From assembly GCA_964016885.1 (NCBI GenBank), contig OZ024740.1, forward strand, positions 291,462,001-291,526,000: a stretch of DNA of 64,000 nt. The letters are read 5' to 3'. The notes beneath the pieces are model-generated. The model saw only the letters and a list, made by a program, of their open reading frames with translations, was not told the DNA's origin and searched no databases. Shown here piece after piece: positions 39,359-51,700 of this stretch. Each line of letters starts with the position of its first letter. Positions within the stretch are counted from its first letter, which is position 1. Source of the DNA: Eledone cirrhosa. Its lineage: Eukaryota. The position numbers and the translations under genes are program-made.

Positions 39359-40193
39359 CAGGGTGCGGACGATATTTGTTCGCAAGATCTAGGAAAAAAA
39401 ACACAGTAGTTTTATTTTTTAAAATATATTTATCAAACTTGGGTCAGTTTGTCTTCATGACTTGTTCTTTCGATCTCACTCGATAAACCTGCCATTGGCT
39501 TTGATGATGGCCTCAAGGCGGCCTCAGAACCAGCTACAGGCCTTCGTCACTGTCCCCCGACTTAGGCTTCTAAAGGCACTTATGATCCTGGCCTTCAGAT
39601 CGTCTTTCGTATTGCAGCTAGAACTGTTGATGTCTCGTTCCACTGCGCCCCACACAAAGAAGTCGAGGGCGTTGCAGTCAGGCGAGCTGGGAGACCAGAT
39701 GCCAGGTGAAGTGTGGTCGACGAAGTTCTCTGACAGCATGTACGGCCTACCTGCAGCTACCTAGTCGATCCAGAGCTTTACTACCTCGCTCAGAACGCGG
39801 ATGTAGCCATCGGTGTTCAGCTTGAGGCCCTCAGGGAAGAAGTGAGGTAGCATGACGTCACCTTGACTGCTGGTGATACCTAAGACCAATGTTGTCGCTG
39901 GAAACTTTGTCTGCATGATTCTGGGCACGTCTTTGGATGAGACCGCGAGCCACCTGTTGTTCTGGGAGTTGATCTTCTGGCCTTATTTGTCCTCCCGGTG
40001 CGGATTCCAAGATGAACTCCATGTCTCTTCCACAAATTTGGAGGTTCAAAATTATTCATAATCAATTATTCTGAAAATAAATAATGGAAATATAGTCACT
40101 ATTTTTATGAAGACAAGAGTGACAACGGAAGTAAAAAAAAATTTGCATAAAATTAGCAGTTGAAAATTGCGAACAAATATCGTCCACACCCTG
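39359..40193 (-). mobile_element. Internally deleted Tc1/mariner-superfamily DNA transposon (maT/DD37D-like), TA TSD
   Basis: 27-bp TIRs cagggtg(c/t)ggacgatatttgttcgcaa with 1 mismatch. Transposase remnants QKINSQNNRW, HFFPEGLKLNTDGYI and WSPSSPDCNALDFFVWG. Confidence 0.9.
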
Positions 40194-40237
40194 TATATAT
40201 ATATATATATATATATAACTGTTATAAGGACTATAAT

Positions 40238-40430
40238 TGTTTCTACTATTGGCACAAGGCCAGCAATTACCCAGTGCATTGCTGGTACTTTATTTTATCG
40301 ACCCCGTAAGGATGAAAGGCAAAGTTAACCTTGGCAGGATTTGAACTCAGATTGGCAATGGCAGGGGCCGTAACTCTATGCGTCAAAGCATGGCGTCCGA
40401 CCCTCTACTGATACTGCCAATTCACCACCC
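40238..40430 (-). mobile_element. Young SINE family A copy with a perfect 15-bp TSD, inserted at the tail of an older copy (40446-40575)
   Basis: tataaggactataat at 40223-40237 and 40431-40445. Confidence 0.9.
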
Positions 40431-40833
40431 TATAAGGACTATAATGATTTCTACTATAGGCACAAAGCCAGCAATTTAGAGAGAGGGAAAAGTTGATTAA
40501 ATCAACCTCAGTACATGACTGGTACTTTATTTTATCAACCCCGTAAGGATGAAAGGCTAACCTTGTCGGGATTAACTGTCATGGATTTCAGGCAGTACCG
40601 ACCCAGGTCATATCTATATATACAATAAATAATTAAAAAATTTCAGAAGAGGCATTAATATCATTCAATTAGAATGTTACTTGATGGTGAAGTAGACTTA
40701 TATATAATGTATAAAGTGACTAACTGGCAACTTTCTATCTTCACAGCAGTGTATGTGGTAGAACCACTGTAATCTGATTCAACGGTCTTTCAACACGTGG
40801 TAAGTCGCAGGGAAATATGGAGAAACTTTACAC

Positions 40834-41080
40834 CATCAAATTTTGTGTTAAACTTAAGAAAACCAAAGAAGAAACCGTGGAATGTTAGAGGAGTCCTGGG
40901 GGGTGAATTGATAAGCAGAGCAAGTTTCTACAGATGGTTTAGATGAACAGGTTGAGGAGGAATGCAGATCTGGAGCACCAAACAGTGCACGGAAGGAGGA
41001 AAACATTGAAGAAGTGCATAGGTTAGTGATACAAGACCATTGAGGTACTGTGAGGATGATATCTGAAGCTATTGGAGACA
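40834..41080 (+). mobile_element. Mariner transposase N-terminal HTH fragment
   Basis: IKFCVKLKKT.EET..ML....G....SRASFYRWF...VEEECRSGAP.SARKEENIEEVHRLVIQD..TVRMISEAIG, with frameshifts and a stop. Confidence 0.8.
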
Positions 41081-41225
41081 ATTCTGACCAAAGATCTGGA
41101 GCACCACAAAGTCTGTACCAAAGATCCTCTCTGACATAATTCAATACAGTGACATCATAATAAGAAATTTACCTTCTTGTATTATCTTCCACCAGGGTTC
41201 CTTGCAGTTCTTCCATTCAGAAACT

Positions 41226-41440
41226 GTGTGGATTGGTAGTATCGGTGGAGTATCGAACAACATGCTTTATGGCATGGAGTTATGGCCCTTTACGATCTGA
41301 GTTCAAATCCCGCCAGGGTTAACTTTGCCTTTCATCCTTACGGGGTTGATAAAATAAAGTACCTGTAATGCACTGGGCTCAATTTAATCGACTTTCCCCT
41401 TCCCCAAAATTGTTGGCCTTGTGCCTAAATAAGAAACCAA
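41226..41440 (+). mobile_element. SINE family A, long form
   Basis: Family A head, core and 3' end. Confidence 0.88.
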
Positions 41441-41522
41441 TCTAAACATTATTTGAACAACTTATGACGGAATGTACATGATTGACAAATATATTTACTG
41501 GTAGGATTTTACAAGTAATAAT

Positions 41523-41715
41523 AATAATTGTTTCTACTTTTGGCACAACACCAGCAATTATCCCAGTGTATTACTGGTACTTTATTTTATCGACCCCATA
41601 AGGATGAAAGGCAAAGTTAACCTCGGCGGGATTTGAACTCAGAGCCAAAAGGGCCGTAACTCTTTTGCTGTAAAGCATGGCGTCCGACCCTCTACTGATA
41701 CTGCCAATCCACTAA
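41523..41715 (-). mobile_element. SINE family A, short form (inverted relative to 41226-41440)
   Basis: Reverse complement of the family A sequence with an (ATT)n tail. Confidence 0.88.
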
Positions 41716-41749
41716 TAATGAGCAGGAATAAAGTATCAATATAACATCA

Positions 41750-42430
41750 ATATGTTTATTCCCTGGGCTTGTATTGGTTATTTTTTTAGGTCTAATGTTA
41801 CATCTAGGAAGTTGACAAGAGTATGGTTAATGTCTATAGTTATTTTTAAGCTGAAAGATTTGAAGGTTTGAATGATTTCATTTCTTATTCTATCTAGTGT
41901 GTCAGTTTGTGTTGCTAGCTGTTGCCAGGACATCATCTCTGTATAGCACAAAGATGGATATAGGTCACCTAAGGTGTTTAGTATATATATATAGGCCGAC
42001 CAAATTGCAGATGTATGCTCTGTCAAATGAGACCCTGCTCATGTCGAAGGATGACTTAGATCAATTTTTTTACTGTTCATCCATTGTGCTAAGTGGGTGA
42101 CTTTCCTAACATTGGTATTGATACTCGTTAGTATATATTTACTAATTATGCTTATTTCTGTTTTAGCCAGGTCTATTAATCTACATTTAAGGTTGGAGGT
42201 GAAGTTGTCCTTAAAGGTAATATATACATTTCATTTTGGTAGGGTCTCTATTCTATCATCAAAGAGTAACTTGGCTGCTATTTCTTTCATCTCTTTATTG
42301 ATATCATCATAAGTATTTGGTTTGGCTGCCTTATAACTACAGTTAATGTTACTTATGAGTAATTGGTTGTAGGTGCTTCTGTCTACCTGGTATATGTTTT
42401 TTGTGGTCAGAAAATAATATAGCTTTATCC
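41750..42430 (-). mobile_element. Penelope-like element RT fragment
   Basis: FDM...SFD.A.IC.LVGLYI, LYRDDVLA, LKITIDINHTLVNFLDVTLDL. Confidence 0.8.
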
Positions 42431-42439
42431 GATGGTTTT

Positions 42440-43092
42440 ATGCTGCAGATGGAAGTGGTTGATAGTTTCTGCTATCTAAGTAACCTTTTTGCAGCAGAGG
42501 AGAGTGCACTAAGAGCATAATAACTAGAATAAGGATGGGATGGAAGAAATTTAGAGAGCTACTCCCACTGTTGACAACAAAAGGTTTCTCCCTATGTAGA
42601 AAAGAACAGCTGTACAACATGTATGTGCAAAGTGCAATGCTGCATGGCAGCAAAACCTGGACAGTGGCTGCAGAGGACATATGTAGACTGGAGAGAAATG
42701 AAGCAACCATGCTTTGTTGGATGTGTAATGTAAATATGAGAGAAAGGTAGAGCCTGGATGAACTCAGTGAGAAACTCGGTTTCATAAGAATCCGAGGTGG
42801 TGTGCAGGAGAGAAGACTGCGTTGGCACAGGCATATGATGCACATAGATGATGATTGATGGGTGAAGAAGTGCCAGGAAATAACAGTGGTAGGAATTCGC
42901 TGTAAAGGTAGACCAAGAAAGACCTGGGCAGAGGCGATGAGAGCTGATCTTAAATTGCCCTGACTCCCGAAAGAAATGGCAAAGGAACACAACAACTGGA
43001 GAAGTGCTGTGCTAAAAAGGACCCATCCAACCCATGTATAAACGATGATCATAAAGGACCCATCCAAACGGATGTATAAACGATGACCATAA
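42440..43092 (+). mobile_element. RTE LINE 3' fragment with a duplicated 3' terminus
   Basis: GWKKFRELLPLLTTKGFSL...AMLHGSKTW; aaggacccatccaa...tgtataaacgatga.cat occurs twice. Confidence 0.9.
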
Positions 43093-43479
43093 AGAACATA
43101 TCATCACACTTTATAAAGTGTTGATATGGCATTTGAAGCAATTGGCATACATACAAATATATCTGTGTCTGAATTAGAATAGGTACACTCTATCCCTTCA
43201 TGTTCTAACCCCAACTTTAGCAAGGAAAAGAGTAATAAAAGGTTTGTCGTTTAATATATATATATATTAATATTAATTAAAGGTTAATTAGTCTCTAATA
43301 CCTAAACATCTCAATGAAAGAAATTGCTCAGAGAAGCAATATTACATATTAAAATTAAATGAGAAAAAACTAATTCTAGGAGTATAAATAAGATAGACGA
43401 AAACATTTTTCTATCTAAGCTTCCACTTGTATTATTATCTCCTAGACTTAATGATTAACTAATTAATTTAATTAGACAA

Positions 43480-43720
43480 TTCCATTGATTGGTTAATTAT
43501 TTATGTTTGTTTTAATAACAAGAGCTTTTCATTTGAAATGTGGAACGGAATTGATTTCCTTTGTTCACACTTTGAATTTGCCCGCCAAAAACCGGGGGTT
43601 ACTTCCCTTGGAAATAACACGTGACAGTGAAACACTGAGAGCTGCCAACGGTAGCAGTTCAGTTGAGGCATAGAACAAAATTTCCTGTTGATGACGTGAA
43701 TCCACTGTTTGATCATGGAA
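43480..43720. promoter_or_regulatory. Candidate promoter (CpG-richer unique island)
   Basis: Inverted CCAAT (ATTGG 43488-43492), CHR-like TTTGAA (43571-43576) next to an E2F-like TTTTGGCGGG on - (43581-43590), E-box CACGTG (43618-43623), TGACGT (43692-43697). Donor-like gtaagt (43742) and gtcagt (43814) lie downstream. Confidence 0.5.
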
Positions 43721-44496
43721 TACCACAGGCTTACATATTACGTAAGTTGGATGGATGATTTCGGATTCATAGAAACCTATTGGACATATTTCAAAATATC
43801 GTTCGATGTCCAGGTCAGTTGTCTAACCTGATTAGTTTTTTCATTGTCTTTGGTATTGTGTGGCTAGGTCTACCTGCCGCAATTTTCAATTTGTCAAGCT
43901 GTCTAAACGTATGTTATTACTCTAAGTACCTTATTGAGTGCTTTGCTGCTCATTCCTAATTGTAGGTCGTTAGCCTGGCCACAGCCAAAGCTTCGATTTT
44001 ACTAGGCTTCCACTTGTAACTTCGCTTATATATAAATCTCCCACATAGATTTATATAGAAAAATGTTTCCGTCTATATATATATTCTTCTTTAGTTCTTT
44101 TTGCTCACCATGTGTGATGAGAGATTTTCATTCTGCATAGCTGCAAGCCTTGTCACAGGCCAGGTATGTGCTTGACATTTCTGTAGCAATGTTGATTGAA
44201 ACCTAACAAAGTCAAGAGTGAATATACCCCTAAATAGCTGGTTCTGTTAGTCAGAGTTAGCTGAACTCAGGACTCAAATCATTTCACTCTTATTTTCAAA
44301 AGAACATTAGATAATATTATGTCCAGTACTGAAATATATATGAATTGGATTTCATAGTTTCTGCCTGCCAAATCCCCCCACCCCCCAAGAGTCTAGAGTT
44401 GAAGACATATTACCCAAGGTGCTATGCAGTGGGATAGAATCCAAGATCATGTGATTGCAAAACAAAGTTCTTAAAACAGATACGCCTGAATTCATT

Positions 44497-44690
44497 TCTA
44501 CTTTAAGGCCAGCAAATTTTGTAGAAAGGATAAAGTTAATGAAATGAATACCTGTACTTGGCTGGTACTTATTTTAGCAAACCTTGGACAGATGAAAGGC
44601 AAAATTGACCTTGATATGAACTCAGAATACAAATATCAACAATGACATTGGTAACGCCAATGGGTTACCAATTCTATCAATTCCTCACCC
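44497..44690 (-). mobile_element. Diverged SINE family A relative
   Basis: ggtactt.atttta...gatgaaaggcaaaattgacctt...gaactcagaa. Confidence 0.65.
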
Positions 44691-45592
44691 TGTGTCTTTT
44701 AACTGAATTAATAAGTGGTAAGTGGTTACTTCCATTGGTACAACAAATTTGTAATGGTAGAGGAGGAGGTACTACAATTAATTGAATTGATTCTCAGTAT
44801 GATGATGATGATGATACAATGTTTAGTAACTTATTTCATTACCATCGGTGGTAAGGAAGGCAAAACATATGGAATATGGCACGATTTCCAATATATGCAG
44901 AAAAACCACAAATGTTTGTTGTTCCTGGTTAGTTCTGATTGAGAAGGCCTATCATGAAAGGTATTCCAACTGTGTCCATACCTTATTTTTTTCTCTATCA
45001 GGAACCACATTGTCCAATGTGTATCTTTTTCTTTTTTAAGACAGTAAATTTGAAGGAATTTGGCTGTTAACAGATCAAGCAACCAAAATGAGGCTCCCTT
45101 GTTGGTTCTGAGGAAGATGTAGAGGTGATGAAATCAACCAATATTTAACTGGTACTTATTGACCTTTGAAAGTATGGAAATTAATTATTAGATTGGCAGC
45201 ATTTCAACACGCGCAACTAAATAAAAAACATTAGAAAAGTGTTACTATTTCTGCCACTCCATTTTGTATCATGAAGAGAAAAATTGACATCCAACAAGGA
45301 AATATACAGATATTTTTGAGCAGTTTATTCAGAATTTCTGCAGACAAACCTTATTTACTTTTAAGTTTATATATAGCACAGGACAAATAGGAAGATTATT
45401 GAATGATACTCTGAATAAAATAAAGATATAACCCTTTCTTCGTACAGAATAATATAAATATACAAGGACCAACAACATATTATTTTGTACTTACACAAAA
45501 CATTATTTCTCATTGATTAAAACTAAGATTTATATTAAAAATTCAAGTATTTGTTGACTAATATCACTTTAAGTGAAACCTTCTAAACGAAA

Positions 45593-45862
45593 ATTTAATC
45601 AATCTAATTAAGCTGAAAGCTAGCAAGCCTACAATCCATGTCAAAGATAGTTTTAACCTTTTCATTACCGTATTTCTTATGAAATACAATGCCTAAGTGT
45701 TTCAATTAGTTTTGAAAATAACTAAATACTTGGAGAAATTTAATAGAATAACTAAATTTTCTTTTATTATAAGCTATTTAGAACATTAAGAAACATCTAA
45801 AAATGAACAGTTTTGTCATAAATCTAGAGTAGTTTCAGGTAGTTTGGTATCAAAAAAGTTAA
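45593..45862. mobile_element. TTAA-flanked MITE (same family as 8056-8353)
   Basis: ttaaccttttcattaccgtatttc...gtttcaggtagtttggtatcaaaaaagttaa. Confidence 0.7.
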
Positions 45863-46254
45863 TGTGAAATTTGATCCTAACTTTCTTTTTTTTACCATAA
45901 TTCTGTTGTTGATTAGCTCCAAATCAACCAAAATTACAGATCTATGATCAAAGACATTTCAACTATGATCATTGTTGTTTTTCAAGCATAGTTTATCTAA
46001 GGCTACATTATTTAATGTACTTTTTAAAAAAAGCATAAAAAAGAAAACAGTAGTGTAATCTAGAGAATTTAGCTATTATTTTTAGCAGTTGGTCAACCAT
46101 GTAGAGATTCCTCCCATAGTTAAAGTTGTTAAACACACTGATATTTTTAACCCCCCTCCCCTTAAGATGAGATTAAAATGATGTAGTTACAGGAGGAAGT
46201 TTATTATAGATAAGTATTTCTACAACTTTATAATTTCTACTTTAGGCACCAGTA

Positions 46255-46420
46255 CCGTATTTCTCGGTGCCGGAGACGCTTCGTCTTCGAGGACACACCC
46301 TAATTTTGACAACCAAAAATTTGAAAAAAAAAATAAACAACCTTCGACCTCCAGGACGCATGGTAGATATACGAGATTTATTTTATGAAAAAAAGTCGTC
46401 TTCGACGCCGGGAAATATGT
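46255..46420. mobile_element. TA-flanked MITE (Tc1/mariner superfamily, Tc2-like termini) nested in a - strand SINE (46232-46575)
   Basis: ta|ccgtatttctcggtgccggagacgc ... gtcgtcttcgacgccgggaaatatgt|ta, imperfect ~25-bp TIRs. SINE halves lie on both sides. Confidence 0.8.
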
Positions 46421-47104
46421 TAATTGACCCCAGTACTTGATAAGTACTTTATTTTATTGATCCCGAGAAGATAAAAGGCAAAGTTGACCTCGGTAGAATT
46501 TGAATTCAGAATGTAAAGAGCTAGAAATATTGCTTCACACTTGTCCAACACTCTAGTGACTGCCAATCACCCACCATATAATGGCAACAAACATATGTAG
46601 TATAAAATACTGGCTCGACAGAGGAACCACTGTGTCTTGAAGTCATATATCCGAGACAATACAACCAAATATCACCTGTCTTTAAGTGACACTCATGACA
46701 GATTGCATTATTATCAAACCTCAATTGAACTTTAATTTTCATCCTTCTGAGGGGAAGGGGGAACTCAATAAAATCAAGGACTAGGATAGTAATCATCATC
46801 ATCACCGTTTTATGTCCATTTTTCAATGCTACTTGGGTATAATTGACTATACATCTACCCCAAAGTCAAGGCCTTGTACCTGTTAGAAAACAATATTGAT
46901 TTGAAATTGAAATTCTAAATTAATATTGTTCCAGTTGCATGCAATGGAAGCCAAAAGTGTAAACTACATTGAGAGTTGATGAGATGAATGTATTACAGGT
47001 TTGTAGAGAATTATGTGGTGTGATGCTAGGGTATGGTAATTGCCAAGCAACAAAGCAATGAATGTAATTCTTTATAACACTGGATTGTCTTTTTCCAGTC
47101 TAAA

Positions 47105-47352
47105 GTCTGTCTCAAGTCAGGTGGCTTATCCCGATTTTGTGGCATGAAGCGACAGAGTAAAAGACACCCCCTGGACAGGGCACCAGTCCATTAGAGGGTT
47201 AAACCCCCAGCTATTGCTGGTACTCATTATCAGCTGAGTATACTGGAGCAATGTAAAATGAAGTATTTTGCTCAAGAACACAACACAGACCAGGAATTGA
47301 ACCCACAACATTAATGTAAGTCCAACACCCTTACCACTAGGCTACATGCCGC
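47105..47352 (-). mobile_element. CORE-type tRNA SINE
   Basis: The - strand head is ggcatgtagcctagtggtaagggtgttgg...gggttcaattcc, followed by ttcttgagcaaaatactt...actcagctgataatgagtacc. Confidence 0.75.
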
Positions 47353-47394
47353 CAGTCTAGAAACATTAAATTTACTATTTTATATTACAGTGAA

Positions 47395-47690
47395 GACACA
47401 GCACTGGTGAATGTTTAAGAAATTTACAATTACTAGATCCCAGATTCAATCCCATTGTATGGTATATTGAAGGTCATTTACCATAGCCTCAGGTCAACCC
47501 ATAACCTGCAAGTGAAATTGGGTAGACACAAACTGTTGGAAAGCCTTGGGTCAAGCCATGCCTTCTGAGTGGAATTGGGTTGACAGAAATTGTTTGGAAG
47601 CCCATTGGATAGCCTTGGGTCAACCCATGCCTTGTGAGTGAAATTGGGTAGATAGAAACCGTTTGGAAGCTCTTTCGATAGACTAGTTGT
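47395..47690 (+). mobile_element. Third SINE family with an internal ~55-65 bp unit triplicated
   Basis: gcct(c/t).ggtcaa.ccat.cct...agtg.aattgggt.gac.gaaa.tgtt.gaagc three times after a decayed tRNA-like head. Confidence 0.65.
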
Positions 47691-47908
47691 AATTAAAATA
47701 AAAAGGCTAACCTTGTCACGCTGAATCTCCCTGAGAATTATATTAAGTTACATGTATGGAATACTCAGCCACTTGCATGTTAATTTCATGAGTAAGCTAT
47801 TCCATTGATCAAAGAACTGGAAAACTTATCACAACTGATATAACCCATTCTATATTAGTATCAATGTTGGTAAACAAGCGAATACTTTCCTATCTGTCTA
47901 TATTCTAA

Positions 47909-48250
47909 TATGACAAAATAAGCAGATTAACTCATAATTGTTCTAAACTTAAACCTCAAATACACTGCAACAACAAATCAGAATATAGTAAAAAATTGTA
48001 TGAATCTGGTATTGAGCTTGCATTGACTATCAGGACAAAATACTTGGAGATGAAACTTGCAAGCTATTTGGTCAACATCCATTTATTAAAAACAGATGGG
48101 TCAAGTGATGCACTAATGTGTTTAAATCGACTGAGAGCAGACCACCAACATATATTCAGAATGTTACAGCATGCACTGTTGAGAGATATAGGTGTAAAGA
48201 AGCAAAACATTCTTCAGATTCATAAACAGCTGGCAGAACTATATCTTTGA
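47909..48250 (+). CDS. Candidate unannotated coding exon (113-codon open frame), possibly a death-fold helical domain
   Basis: Stop-free frame ...SEYSKKLYESGIELALTIRTKYLEMKLASYLVNIHLLKTDGSSDALMCLNRLRADHQHIFRMLQHALLRDIGVKKQNILQIHKQLAELYL*. Not TE-like. Possible acceptor cag| at 47925. Confidence 0.4.
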   Translation, partial: YDKISRLTHNCSKLKPQIHCNNKSEYSKKLYESGIELALTIRTKYLEMKLASYLVNIHLLKTDGSSDALMCLNRLRADHQHIFRMLQHALLRDIGVKKQNILQIHKQLAELYL

Positions 48251-48749
48251 CTTTGCTGGACAGGTGACCAACTATTTCATTATGGTATATCATCAAGTTG
48301 ACTGTAATAACATGACAATACAGGGGGTTGCATGACTTGAGCATGTTACAATCTAGCAAACTAACTAAATAAGTTGAGCCAGGGGGGGGGGGGGATTCTC
48401 TATGTGGTTGCCCATCCTGTTAGAAATAGCAGCTTAATCTCATTTGAATTACATCGAATTGTCTTAAAATAAGTACACATGGAAAAATGTCATCTAATGC
48501 TTGAAAAAAAAAAAAAAAAAAAGACAATATAGTGACAGCTGGAAAGTCCTTGCTAATAGGTCAGTTCAACAAGGGTTGGTTTGAAAGAAAAAAACTTGGT
48601 ATCACTGATTTGAGAAACAAATCTTGTCCAGGATGTTGGTGAGAAGATACTAACTAGACATTTTACAGAGTATTTTTACCACATACTAACCAAGCCAATT
48701 ACCACTCTCATACTTACTAACCAGGCCAATAACCGCTCAAAGTGAAAGA

Positions 48750-51700
48750 AAGATTTAAATAATTTGCTGAAACAACACTAAAAATATGTTAAACAGTGTT
48801 TCCAAATTCTGAAAAAAGAAATACATTAATTAAAAAAAAGCTTGAAGATTTTTAAAAGAATATTACCCCACTCCACATCCTTTAAACTTAAATTAATCTT
48901 GTTAAGTTAGCATTCATATTAAAATGTAGGAGCTGTATCAATGATGGCATGAAAACAGATCTCACTGAATGCGGACCCTTTTATCAATACATTTATGTAT
49001 TGTATGTCAAGAAGCCTGTTCTAATAAAGAGAAAAAAAAGAGATAGAACACTAGTGGTCAATAGTAGAATTTACACATTTTTTTTAATGAATTATTTAAA
49101 AGGTATTCATAGCAATAAAACTTTCTTTTTTTCATTTATTTCTTGATAGAAATTCTGAATGCATTGATATGGCTAGTCATAAAAAAAAAAAAAAAAAAAA
49201 ATTTAAGAATAGCCCAGACCAACTCAAAATACCTATTTGAAGTGATTTCAGGAAATCAAAAGTCAATATTGTTTGATTTAACACCCCTCCAAATCCCATT
49301 TACCCATTCTATGTATCACATTCTCCAGAATGCCAGAAATTTATAGGAGTCGATCATCTTCAGTGATGTATGTTTAATTCGAAAACATTTTTTTTCTTTG
49401 ACACAATTCTAATAGAAACACTAGGCCAATGTTGAGCAGGCCAAACATCCATTTAGCAGAAATAATTGTTGTCCACAGTCTCCTCTCCAATATATTTACC
49501 AGTCAAAATTGCGAAAAGGAACAAAACAATATATGTTGGACAGTAGACAGTAACGGACAGAATACAATGAGAAATAGGTCCGATTAACAAGTTCAATATT
49601 TGTAAGAGTATAAAGTACTATGAAAATACAGCTGTATTGAGGTTTATAATCATTTCTTTGGCCCTATAAGTAAATCTATAAAGTACAAAACATTCTTTTC
49701 ATATTTCATTTTTTTTTCAGTTCAAGGTATGTTGACATCAAATAGTAATCAGAAAATTTCACGTAAATATTTATTGTAGAAGCTTCTAGAGAAAATCTGA
49801 ATTTTTAGAGCTCCAATGACAGCTCAAAGAACCTTAAAAAAAAGTTTGAGGTGAAAGTTTTCAGTTCCAATCTTCACACAAATTGATCTACGATAAATAA
49901 GAGAATTCCTCACAGATTGTTGTATAAATTGAAGATAAAATATAAAACGTACTAAATAAGATATCTATATACCAGTCTGATATCTTTAGTCACTTCATTC
50001 AGGCAATGAAATAATATTCAAACTTGAGCCAAAGAAGTTTTCTATGTGGTTTTTCAACCTTCTAGGAAAAGCAGCAAGACGTATTTTGTAGTCCCAGATA
50101 ACCCCCGAAAGGGAAAGTAAAAAATGGAATGCCATTGCTCAGACACGTTTGATTCGGGTCATCTGGGGCTAAATAACCCAAACTTTTTCATATATTTATA
50201 AAGGTGTATAAAATACAACAAAATTAGAAAATTTATTTCCTAACATACTCAGATTCTAGAAAATAGCTAAACTGACTTATGATACTAAAGGTTTGATAAT
50301 GTTTGAGAAGTTTAAAAGATCAGATATTTCACGTTTTCTGCCATTAAACTTTTCTAACAAATCAGTCGACATAATATAATATAATCTAATGGTTAGATTA
50401 ATAAACAATTTCAATAATAATTAATGTGATTCACATGATTGTTTATACAACTCTATTGTTCTCAGAGTACTATTCTCATTTCAGATCAGAAATTAAGATT
50501 CTTATAAAGTTTATTTTCCAGATAAAGTACAGGACCATCGCAGCACATTGGATTGCAAGGCAACTATGTTTTGTATTCTAAGCAGAAACGTTTAGAATAC
50601 CAATACAAATTACTTGTTCCTTTGATAATTTATTCAACACATGACTATCTTTTCCTTTTGTCTTCTAAGCAAAACTACATTATGAAATCTAAGCGATTCC
50701 ATACATACATTTCAAATATCTATATAATGTATGTGTGTATGTGTATATATATATATACATATATAATGTATGTGTGTGTATATATATATATGTGTGTGCA
50801 TATGATATTAATGTACTGTTATAGTTATACATATAACATACTGACCGAGAGTGAATGATATCTAAATTAACAAAGCTTTGTCACATATACAATCGTGTAC
50901 AAAACATTTAAATTTCTAGAAAAATTAAATGATCTCTTAAAGGATTATAAAAAATATAAAAATCAGTAAAATTCCAGAAAATATCATAATCTCGATTTCG
51001 TCATATAAGTCAATATTTTATAATTAAGATTTTCAACCAGCCAACTTCCCACTTCAAAACAAATTAAAAATATTTTTTGTTGGAAGGAAATATAAACTAA
51101 ATACTTCTTCAAACACAATTTTTTAATTTTGGTTATTTTCTTGTTTTTATATCAGTAAGAGAGACAAGATAGAATGTAAGCTGAAAGCTACCAGCCCTAA
51201 TTATAAAGGTTAAATAAACCAATAGCAGCTGCTTAAACAGAATTCTAATTATGTGACAATAGGGCTTTAGTTGTTGACAACAAACTTAATATTAGTAGCA
51301 AAGCAAAAACAATAAACAATACTGTTTATATTAATTTTTTTAAATATTTTTTTTTTTCCAAGTGATCATGTAGGATTTATTTTAAGAGAAAAAAATTCAT
51401 TTAAAAATTTTGGGAAGTACAATTTGATGTGGCAGCAGCAGCATAGCCAATGGTGAGCCAAGAAGTTACCTTCCAGCAACTAATATGACAGCCCAAGCTG
51501 CACAGGGAAGCAGAAAACATAACATTATAGGGTTTCATTATCAAAAAGAAAATAGTTTAAAATATGAATTAATATCTAAGGAAGTCGACATCAGTTATGA
51601 AGCATGTTTTTTTTTTGTTATTGTTCGTTTTTTTTTTTTTGTTCTTCATGTTGTTAAGCACCTTAGTAATAAGATTAATAGTGATGTAGCCAAGTGGAAA

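Noticed and set aside
46601-46735. Extra exon of the candidate small gene (YKILARQRNHCVLK...)
   Set aside because: Weak acceptor, no donor before the stop and no recognisable motif; cannot be supported from sequence alone.
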